From NCBI GenBank assembly GCA_017395505.1, contig JAFPUH010000004.1, positions 7,910-71,909 on the forward strand: 64,000 nt of DNA. Direction: 5' to 3'. The notes beneath the pieces are model-generated. The model did no database searches and was not told the origin of the DNA. It worked only from the letters and a program-made list of their open reading frames with translations. This stretch comes from Kiritimatiellia bacterium. Lineage in GTDB: Bacteria; Verrucomicrobiota; Kiritimatiellia; RFP12; UBA1067. The translations under genes were made by a program, and so were the position numbers. Position 1 is the stretch's first letter. Every line of letters begins with the position of its first letter. Shown here one piece after another: positions 8,556 to 20,500 of the stretch.

Positions 8556-11500
8556 ATGAAGAAGAAACTTCTGCTGCCAATCATCGGTATGCTCTCGCTT
8601 GTCGCATCCGCCGCCGGCGAAACAGCGCATGTCTACGAGATACGGCCTTGGAACAATGTTACCAAAAGTGTTTCGACCAACGGGCAGAGTTCCGCCGAGA
8701 ATCCCATCAAGGGTGGCGATACGTTCTACTTCCTGGTTCGCTTGTTGAATTCCGGCTGGAAGACTCTAGGCGCCGCGACAAATTCGTGGGAGTTCACGAC
8801 CCTCGGCAGCTATGAGGCGAACTGGGCGACACAGCCGCCGCACATCGGTATCGTCGTCAGCGGTGTGACGGTTCCCGCGACGATTGAGGCGTGCATAGCC
8901 GACACGAACATCAATGTCAAGTCTTCAAGCGTCTACTATACGGATATTATCTGCAGCTACACGGTCAAGCCGGGCGATTTCGCGCTGCCTGTTCTTCTTG
9001 CATCAGATTCTGCCGGTACGCCGGTTGATAACGACAATCCGACCATCTATCTTGACAACGGCTTCGGCACTTGGTCGCTTTCTTGCGGTTCAGACACGGC
9101 AATACTGCAGCTGGCGTCTTTGGCGGGTGCAGAAACCACAGTGTACGCTACGCCAGATACAGCTTTTTCGATGCGCGAAGCGGATATCGATCTTTCCCAG
9201 AGCGGTTTTTATCTCAAGACGGTCGACTTTACAGGCCGCAATGACGCCGATTCATGGTATTCCGCCACGGTCTGGCGCGGTGTGCATGGAGCCGGAACTT
9301 CACCTGAGCCTAGCATCGCAAGCGTGACGGTCTCCGGAATGCCCACAAATTCCGCAACCCTCTATGTGTGGAGCGACAGCGACAGCATCCAGATAGGCGA
9401 CGGCACGCTTGAGACGATCAACAGCAAGACGTGGGTCCCCGGCTCGCCTGGCTCGCCGGCTACTTTCTCCAAGAAGGTAAAGGCGATAGAGATAGAGGCT
9501 GGCGTCCAGACATACACCTTTACGCTTGACGCATCGGCCGGCACAGAGGGCGATACGGCAAACCTTTATCTTAGCCAGTTCAAGGGGCATACCTTCAATG
9601 CTACCAACCTCAACCCGGACTACCTTACGATACCCGTAAAGGTAATCGAGCCTGAGAAGGCCAACGTCAAGGCCGTCGCCACTACGTCAAAGGTGGATGT
9701 GCCGGCAGATTCCGACAAGGTCGCCGACCCCATCGGCACCCTTACGCTCAGCATCTCGCCCGGATACCAGGCAAAAGCCTCGGACCTCACGATCACCATC
9801 ACTCCAGAGCTGCAGGACGGAACCGCCGGCGCCTCCAACTATGTGCATATAGCATCGTCCAACGATGCCTCAGCCTGGCTCAACAGCGATCCGCTGGTGG
9901 TCAGGGTCTCCAGCAACACCACCGACCCCGATTACGACGTCAACTTCGCCACCGGCAAGGCCGTCACCAAGACGATCTACGTCTACGGCCTTGGCGCCGA
10001 CCAGCACACCGCGACGGCAGGGCACGCGGTATTCTTCAATGTGGAGCTAGACGCCACGGCCATCGGGTGGAAATACTTTGACGGATACAGCGACACCACC
10101 TCGCGCGGCGTGATGTATCTGCGTCCCGTGAAGGCGGGCCTGTCCGTTGCGTCGACCTACGAGGCGATCGGCAACATCAACCGCACGTTCGAGCTTACTG
10201 TCAGCGACAACTACAAGAACGTGAGCGACGACACGGGCTACACCATCAAGTACAAGCAGTCCGCCGAGGACGATTGGGAGGTTCTCGCGGGCACCTTCAA
10301 GCCCGACGCCTACGGAGTGCTCTACTCGACGGCGGACGGCACGACCCTGCCCTCGCTCAGCTACATACCCGGCACGTTCACCACCACCTTCAAGGTCGTC
10401 ACCCCCGGCGGCGACATCGAGAGCAACGAGGCCTCGACGACGGTCACGGTCTCCGAACCGGCCCGCGTAAGCGGCGAGATTCTGCTCGAGGGCGGCGCTA
10501 CTGCCGAGACAGGAACCTACGTCGAAAGCGACGACGAGATAATAGACGTCCGCGCTTCGCTTTCGCGCGCCTACACCAAGGCCGACGCCCTCTACGCGTT
10601 CCTTGCGCCGGCCGATGCCGCCACGATGGCGTGCGTCTCCGGCACCTTGCTCACCAACTCCACCGCGTCGGCCGGCATGAAGATACTGAAGGGCGATACG
10701 ACGTCTGAGAAGGGCGAGCTCTACATCGTCGACGGCGGCAAGGGTTCGGGCACCACGCTCAACTTCGATATCGTGCTCTGCACAACACCGACCTACGACC
10801 CCGCGAACATCGTAAGCAACGCCTACCAGTCCAAGACGTTCAAGCTGACGGCCAAGAACCAGACGCCGGTGGTGCGTTCAGTGACGGTCGATGGCCTCTA
10901 CACTGTCGAGAACTCGGGCGACACCCTCGGCGCCTCCGTGTCGATGGGCGTGCCGAAGAAGTTCACGTTCGATGTCGGCGACGTCGAGAAAGACCTCAAG
11001 GCAACTACTCCAGACAATGAGTTCCAGGTCAAGTATTCGATCGTGGAGGGCAGCGGCGCCGGCACACCCCAGACGATACTCGAGGGTGATCCGGCTACGA
11101 CCAACTTCACCTACACCTTTACCTCTTCCGGCCTGGCCACGATCAAGCTGTGGGTCAAGGACAAGGACATGACGACCTTCGCCACCACGCCCGACTTCTC
11201 GTTCAAGATGAACATACTCGATTATCCGAGCATCTCCATCGCCAACGACTTCGGCGGCGCCATCGCCGAGGGTCAGGTCGGCCTAGCCAACTCCAAGATG
11301 ACGCTCAAGCTGAGCGAGAACGCGTCGCCAGATCCGCTCGACGTCGAGATAACGGTCGACCCAGTCGATTCTTCGGCGGCAGATCCGGGCCTCATGCTGC
11401 TTGGCGGCATTAATCTCACGAACAAGATCGATTCCGTAACCGGCGACACGATAACCAACGTCTACTGCATCGCCCTCAAGCCGGGCCAGACCACCTACGA

Positions 11501-14500
11501 CTTCTACCTCACCAAGAGCGACGGTACGCTGGCGAGCGAGGTCAGCGGCTTCAAGCTGACGCCCAAGGTGACCACGACCAACGCCGTGCCGAATCTTGCC
11601 GGCAAGACATGGGACACCTACTACATCTCCGACGCTTCCGCCATCGCCATAAAGAACGTCGCGCCGACGATCGTCTGCTCCCTAGGCGAGGAGAACGTTT
11701 CGACCAACGGCTTCAAGGGCGCCATCGGCAACAACGAGGAGATCACCTGGCACGTCGGCGACGCCTCCGAGCTCGACCTCGCGGCCGGTCTTGACTGCCA
11801 GTGGTGGTCTACGGACTACGGCGACGAGCCAAAGACCAACATCACGAGCGGCGCCGAAATCAGCTTCACGCCCAGGTTCAAGACTTCAGGCACGAAGATG
11901 ATACGCCTGACCGTCACCGACAAGGACAAGGCCACCGGCAACGGCACGACGGTGATGTCGTGGTACTACGAGGTCGAGCCCTCCAAGACCCTCAAGACCA
12001 TCGCGCTCGGCCCGTCTCGCGGAACCGGCAACTCGCTCGTTTCGCAGCGCTACGCCGCCGCCGCCGGCATCGGCGAGGGCCACGTGTTCGCGGCCGGCGA
12101 TTTCGCGGGCGCGACGAGCTATGTGCTTTCGTGGAACTGCGGCACCGACCTGTCGGTGAATTTCTGGGCATGGGGCTACAAGACGAACACCGTCGACAAC
12201 GGCACCCTGAACAGCTCCACTGCCTACGAGTTCGACGTGCCGCTCGATCCCCACGGCAACAACTCCGGCGACGGCAAGAGTGCGCTTGCGAAATACTACG
12301 CCTACACCCCCAACGACGACTGCGACTCGTTCTTCTACGGCCTGCTCTTCACCTCTATCGACGAAGGCAGCTCTTCGGTTTCCTCCTCGCTCAGCGGCAG
12401 CACCGTAGCGCCTGAGATCGTCGGCCGCGAGATCGAGGTGCCTACCCTTTGGATTCCGCTGCCCGACACTACCGCAGGCGAAAGCGGCAAGTATGTCGAC
12501 ACGATAGTCGAGGCGATCTTCTCGAAGGAATACGATACGACCGACAACATGGGCGATATCGACCAGGACGGCCTGCCCGACTACTTCGCAGTCGACAAGA
12601 TATGGAAGACCGGCTCTCCGCTGGTCGCCGTGGACGGCGTCGGCGGCGAACTCGGCAACGGCGCCTCCCTGAACGACGACGGCGACTACCTGCCGACTGA
12701 AGCGCAGCTGCTCAACGGCACTGTCGTCTCGAGCGCCGGCTGGGACGAGAGCGGCCAGCCCTTCACCGCGAAGCTCGAGGCGCGCGGCTTTCACAAGGGC
12801 CTCAACTTCGGCATGTTCCCGATTACCGATGGCGAGGGCTGGGTCTCCGACCTCGATCTGAGCGTCGCCGAAATCGCCGCCCTCAACAGGTATGTGGCGA
12901 CACGTACCGATCTGCCGTGGTGCACGAACGACTACACCGACGTCATGACCGACTACGACATGCGCACGAATGCGATGGACTGCATACGCCAGTCGTGGAA
13001 GGGCTACAACAAGTTCAACACCTCGAAGTGGGGCTTCACCGTCGAGAACCGTACCGATCCCACCCAGTGGGATACCGACGGCGACAACATCCCCGACGGC
13101 TACGAATACTACTACTGGTACGCGGCGACGGTCGGCTATGATGCCGCCGGCACGCCCATGACCGGCGAAAAGTTCAACCTCGCGGACATCGAGAGCCCGA
13201 TACCGATCACCTCCGCCGAGATCGCCGGGCTCATGAACCCGAACATCGCAGCCGACTATCAGTGGGGCAAGCAGGATAGCGACGAGGACGGCCTCAGCGA
13301 CTACGAGGAGTATGTGCTCGGCACGAATCCCTTCAAGTGGGATACCGACGGCGACGGCCTGAGCGACCTCTACGAGGTTCTCTACGGCATCGATCCGCTC
13401 GCCAACAACAGCAATGCGAACAACGGCGACTACAATGGCGACGGCGACTACATGGCTACGGCCACGCTCGGCACCTATGCGATTTACGAGTATGGCGGCA
13501 AGGCCTACGCCTACATCATCCCCTTGGATATTCCGGGAATTCCCGGCCCCGGAACCAACACTCTCTCCGGCGTCGGCTTCGAGGTCGCGGAGTTCAACGG
13601 CGGCTACATGCCGGTCTCGCGCACCTTCACCGAGAGCGACGAAAGCGCAACGCTTGCCGACTACGTCTACGATACGACCGACGCGTCAGCGGTGCCCGTG
13701 GTCAAGACCGGCAACGTCGTGCTGTACCACTACCAGGTCTACAACTACTTCGGGTTCAGCCCCCGCACCGCCTGGTACGGAACATGGCCGAACGGCACCC
13801 TTTCGCCGACGAGCCGCTGGCTTGAGAACGGCTCGCCGCTTACGGCCGGCACGCCGGACAAAACCCAGGCGTATACGGCGCTCGACGAGTTCCGTCTGCT
13901 GAAATACCGCTACATCACGGGCCTGGCGAGCTACGCCGACGACAAGAAGGCGATAGATGAAGCCGACGACAAGGTTCAGAAGCGCACAGACATCCTTATC
14001 GCCAGGACGACCAACGGCGGCGTGGCGCAGGATGAAAAGACGGTAGGCAATAGGACCTTCGCCGCGAAGGTGCATGGCGCCGACACCGACAGCGACGGCG
14101 TGCCGGACGGCTGGGAGCTCTATGTCGGCGTCAATCCCAACATACCCTACACCGATACGGTGCACGAAACCCTGTATAACGCCATACGCCAGCTTGATGC
14201 AGGTGATGGCCTTGCCCTCGCCGCCGAATACGCCGGCACCGACTCGACGCTCGCATATCAGGCATGCGAGACGATCTACGCGAACCACCCGGACAATGAG
14301 TCGGGCTGCATGTACCAGTGGTACAACAAGTTCTTCCCGACCGACCCGCGATCTTCCGATACCGACGAGGACGGTGTGGAGGATGGTGCCGAGAAGGCCA
14401 ACTGGTCCAGGCCTTGGACCTACAACCGCTGGGCCAACGGCAAGACGGCGAAGGTCGACGGCAAGGGCATTACCGCCCACCACAAGACCATCTACGGCAG

Positions 14501-17500
14501 CCCTTACGATTCTGGCGTGAGGAGCGTCAGGGGCGGCGGCGGCAACCCCTGCACGATCGACACCGATCAGGACGGCCTGCCGGACGGCTGGGAACATCAG
14601 TACGCCGGTGTGGTCTTCACGGGCGACAGTCTTGCGGAAGGCTCGCTCACAACAGAGGGCACGATCGACCCGTCGCTTTACGACGACATCCGTGCGGCGG
14701 CCTCGGCATACAACTCCAGCAGCGTTTCCAATGTCTCGTTCTATGTCTGCATGGGCCAGGACATCACATATCCCGACGCATTCACCGATGTCTCGAAGGG
14801 CCTCACCTCGGCCGACTGGGATGGCGACGGCCTCGAGAACGGACAGGAGTACATGATACAGGCGATGCGTCATCTGCGCTACGACGACTCCATCACGCCC
14901 CTGATGGGCCGCGACTGCGCGGGCTTCAACGCCGCCACTGGCAAGGTCGAGCCCGGCGCATGGAATGGCGAGGGCGGCGCGAGCGGCGACTCCGGCTTTG
15001 TGTCGGTTCCGCTCGGCGAAGAGCTGACCAGCGGCGAGCTCGAGACCCTCGAAAAGCTCGGCTACGGCAACTTCGCGGCGTACGTGAAGGGCCATCCGGA
15101 ATATCTGCGCACGCTCGGCTACTTTGCGGAGCCGCCGCAGTCATGGGACCCTGCCGGTCTCGAGGGTGTCGGCTATCGCTACATGCTGCCGCCGCATCTT
15201 GTGCGCTACTCCACCGCCGCGGAAAAATTGCAGGCGACGGATGCGCTTGGCAACACGCTTTGGGCATATCTCGACTACGATCCGAATGTGGCGTATGACG
15301 AGTGGAGCACCAGCACGTTCCCTGGGGTCGTTGTGACCAACACCGTCTCCGGTGACCCGAGACCTCTCGACGACAATCCGCAGACGTTCTACACGAAGGC
15401 CGATCACGGCAGCATCGTAACCGACGGCACGATGTACTATGCCATCGATTACGAGATCGCGTCCGGTGTCACAAACGTCTACCTCGACATCGTCTGCAGG
15501 GTGTCCGGCGGCACTACGACCAACCTCGTGGTGACCAACGTAGCGGCTTCCGCCTACGTCTCGACCGATCCGCGCCTGTGGGATACCGACGAGGACGGCA
15601 TGGACGACTACTACGAGATGTTCCACGGCCTCAACCCGATTCTCGGCAGCATCGGCACGATCGAGCGCTATGACATCACGAACACCATTGCGGGCGTCGA
15701 CTATGTGACGACTTACGTGAGCATGAGCGGCGCCAGCGATGTCATCTATGATGCCTACGGCTTGGTTAGCGTCGCAAGGAACGCCTGGATCGGCTGGGAT
15801 TTCGAGAACGAGGTCGTTTACGACGCTCTCAGGTATCCGTGGATGATGGGCGCGGGCCTCGCCGACGCCGACGGCGACGGCCTCAGGAACGAAGAGGAGG
15901 CGCTCTTCGCCAACCTCGCTTCGCCCACCACGTCCCATACCGACCCGACCCCGCTGTGGATGACCGACACCACGGTGGGCTACACAAACTATGTCCTCAC
16001 GGCGACATATCCCGTAACGAACTATGTGTACACGGCCGACGGCACGATAATGACGAAGAAGGATCCCGTTGGGGGACGCGAGCCCGTCTACTCAAACATA
16101 GTCGACAGGACCGTGATCAAGGGCTCGTTCAAGGTCTTCAAGTCTCCCTCCTACACGGCCCAGTACTACGATGCGCCCTGGTATGATATCGGTGCGGGCT
16201 TCAGCTCGGGCTATGCGTTCGACTTCGAGCAGAACGAAGGCTACGACACCGACAGCGACAAGCGCAGCGATTCGATCGAGCGCCGCAACCTGACGGAGCG
16301 CTCGAGCGACCCGCTCGACTTCTCCGACCCGATGCGCCGCCAGAGCATCCACTTCGGCGGCGACCTCGACGAGGGTGTCGCGGTTACCTTCGACCCCGTG
16401 ACGAGGCCGACATACGCCTCCAACGCCGACTTCCTGAAGCAGTTCACGGTCGAGGCGTGGGTATTCCCCGAGAACCTCTCGGTGACGCACGACCAGTATA
16501 TCGTTTCGCGTTCTGCGAACTACGGCGGCTGGAGCTTGAGCAACTCCAACGCTGTGATACGCACGTCGTTTGCGATCGGCATCAATCCCGCCGGCTATCC
16601 GTTCGCCGAAATCGAGGATACGACCAAGTCGAGCGAGCGCGTATACAGCACGAAGCCGCTTGCTGTCGGCAAGTGGAGCCACGTCGCCGCCACCTACGAC
16701 GGTGAGACGTTTGTGATCTACTTCGACGGCGAGAAGGTTGGCGAGAACAAGACCTCCATCATACCGGCCACCGGTGTGACGGCCGTCGAGCAGGATCCTC
16801 AGACATCCCACAGCGCGTACTTCCCGGTGGTGGATTATGTGACGGTTCCTTCGGCGACTGTGATCGGCGCCAGGGCCAGCGGCGCAGGAGCGTTCGGCCA
16901 CGAGGCCGCCGCCGAGATAACGGTCTGGACAGACCTTGCGGACGACTTCTACAAGGGCTCCGTCAGCGAGGTGCGCATCTGGGACGGCGCCAGGACCGCC
17001 GCCGAGATCGTCGATGCCTACAAGAAGGCGTTCACGTCGGCTGAGATCGACGAAATGCGCCGCGACATCTACAGCCTCTACGATAACAGCACGGCCCGCC
17101 GCAACGACACCACGGTCAATTCCGTACTGCCCGCCGAACTCGTGCAGCACTACAACTTCTCGACGATCGGTGGTGCCACGGCGAAGACCAACGTGCAGAT
17201 AGTTCCCGCAGGCTTCGAGAAGAACGTGCTGGATGAGGTTTGCGAGAACGGCGCGCCCGTCAACCGCAAGCTTCTCAACGTCGGCTGGTGGAGCGACCTG
17301 CTAAACAATACAGTGCTCGGCACATCGGTTTACGCTTCGCCTCACGTCGTGCCGTGGCTCGGCAACACCGTCGGCCATATGCCGCGACTCTCCGGCGCCG
17401 TGGCCGACAGCGTGTTCTGGAGCGAGCGCTTCGCCGGATGGACGCCCGCCTCGTTCCATGGCCTCGAGAAGTTTGCCTTCCCGAACACGATGGATCCCTA

Positions 17501-20500
17501 CAACATCGTCTACAGCCGCAGTTCCGGTTCGCGTTCGCAGAAGGATCAGAGCCTCATCTACAAGACGCAGATACTGCGGGCTCAATATCCCGATTCCGAG
17601 GACTATGATGAGTTCTGGACGCAAAACCTCTACGACCTGAGGCGCGAGTTCCCAGGTACGAGCGACCTCATTCCGCTCGGTTCGGCATACGCAGAGCGCA
17701 AGACCTCCTATTGGGATGGTCAGGGCCCGGAAAGCGCCTGGGCGATTACGTCCACCAATTCGCTGGTGGCGGTTGACGGCGACATCAACGACAACGGCAT
17801 TCCCGACTGGGCCGAGGCGACATACGCGACCCCGCTGGATTACGTCCGCGCCCTTGCGCACGGCCTGCTGCCTCCGACTGGGGCGATCGACTCCAATTAC
17901 GAGAACACTGAGGATATCGACGGCGACGGCCTGCGCGACTGGTGGGAGAAGTTCTTCGGCATCTACAGCGAAGGCCCGAATGACGACCACGACCGTGACG
18001 GCCTCTCCAACTACCAGGAATACCTGATCGGCGAGGTCTACACGAGCTTCGGCTTCACCGACCTCAGCCCGACGGCCGCCTACTCGAAGGGTACCGCCGT
18101 TACGGACTACTTCCTGCGCTACGGCAGCCTCTACCTCGGCGAGCTGTTCTCCGACCACGACATGATCGAAGACTCCTTCGAGGACTACAAGCCCAGCGTC
18201 GTCTCGCTCGGCGGCACGCTCGTCTCCAACTTCTCGCGCTACATCTACGACGCCGACTGGGATGCCGAGCACTCCGGCTGGGACAACTGGTCGATTGCCC
18301 GCGCGTGGTTCAACGAGAGCTACACCTCCAATGTGGTAGTCGAGGTCGGTTCGACGGCCGTCACCAACGAGTATGTATTCTCGAAGGTGGATGACAACAA
18401 CGGCAATCCAAACCCCAGCATCCCGATCCGCGTGACCTACAGGGACAAGAACCGCATACACACCGGCATCGGCAACTACGACAGCAACCCGCACCAGATA
18501 GTCGTGATGGCCTGGAGCCTTGAGAACTCCAGCCGCGACAAGGCGTTCGGGGCGCCCGACTGCATCTGGGGCAACAAGCTGGTCGGCGAGGGGCCCTACT
18601 ATGTGATGGAGGGCATCGCCAAGGGCTACGCTGCCGCCAAGGGCGCCGTCAGGCCTGGCAGGAACATGTTCGCCGCCTACATCGCAGAAGGCGAATACGT
18701 CGAGGGAGGCACAACGCCTGGCTTTGCGCCCGGTCTGCCGTATGGTGTGACTATCGGTGAGGTCGGTCCTGTCGGCGGCGCCGACATCAATATCGAGCTG
18801 ACCGATACCAACCCGTCCATCGTCCGTTTGAACGTGGCGGCCGCGTTGGCGATTCAGAACGGCGACGAGTCCGGATCGCTCACCGCCGGAACGGAGGAGG
18901 CGACCACCGGCTTCAACACGATAGCGCAGACCTATACTGATAGGGGCCAGCGCGAGACAGGCTCGCTCAAGATGTCTTACTACATTGGCGAGGATACCGA
19001 GTTGACGGTTTCGAACGTGCATGTCAGGGTGCTCCGCTCCAACATCAACGGAGTTGCAAGGGCTGAAGATGATACTATCCTCAGTTCCATGAATGTCCTC
19101 CTCGATTGCCACCTCAACCTCGCAGTAAACGGCATGCTGACAGAGGCCGCGCTGCTCGCTACGCTAAAGCCAGGCGAGGGCGATCTTGATTGGGGTGGCC
19201 TCGCATTTGCCAGTGACGTATTCAATGGCATGCAAAACATCACCAACGCGGCCTACCGTATTGTGATAGGCGATGGCGTTGTTGACAATGAGCTGGACAA
19301 CAACAACCTTATCGTGATGTTCATCAACAAGTTCGAGACCGTGCAGACGCCCGTCACTAACATGAACGTCAGGACGTTCTCCGGACGCCCGACCTTCAGC
19401 TGGTCTCACAACAACACGATCGGCAAGGACTATCCCGCATTCCAGTTGAGGGTTTGGGATGCCACAACCGATGCGCTGGTCTACGATTCTGGCGTGCAGC
19501 GCGCTCCTGTCCGCGACCAGGGCGGCTACTACAATTGGGCGGCACCGCTCTATGTAGGCGCGCTGTTGCCCAACGGCCAGACGTTCAGCGCCAACACCAA
19601 GTACAAGTGGTCCGTGTCGATGCTTGACGCCAAGTTCACGACACCCAACACCACAGAGGTGAAGAAGGAATTCGCGATGCAGGAGACCTCGCCCGGTCCA
19701 GGCTCCGACGATTACGGCATCATAAAGGTGGCTGTCAAGTATATGGGACCTGGCACTGTTGCTACGACGACAACCAACGACAGGATTCGCGTTGAGGCCT
19801 TCACGACGCCAGACTTTGTCGGCGAACCTGCCGGTGTCGGCTATGTTACGAGCAGCGCCACGTTGGATTCCGTGAACGCAATCGATGTCAACGCCACAAT
19901 CGCCGGTCTGCCCGTGAAGGATAACTACGGCAGGACTGCGAAGTACTACGTGCGTGCGTTCCTCGATACCGACGTTACATCCGCCGAGGGCGGCTTCGGC
20001 AAGCGTGCGCCTTGGGAAAGCTGGGGCTACGCTTCGTATCGCGATCCGAAGGAAGGCCGCGACGACCAGTTCACGGCCATGCCCATTACGGCGACCAACA
20101 ACGAGAATGCCGAGCCTTGCGTAGTCTTCATAGAAGATTGCGACACCAACCGCAACATGGTGCCCGACATCCTCGAGAAGGCTGCTGGTGCGACAGCCAA
20201 CAAGCTCATCTCGCCCTACATCGCGTTCACGGCGAGCGATATCGTGAAGACCAACGCTCTCATCGATGCGACTAACGGCGTAAACGGCATTGCCGCCACC
20301 GTCAGAACCTCGCGCATGCTGCTCGCCTATGCGAGCGCGGTCGAGTCCGCCAAGAGCGGCACCGTAACAGCCGGCGAGTTGGCCATCCTCACTGGTGCCG
20401 TCAGCTTCGACACTACCGACTCGACCTACATCAAGATCAAGAGCTTCTCGCTCGACGAGGGCATCTCCCTCGAGGTGGTTGTCGGCGACACGTTTGACAA

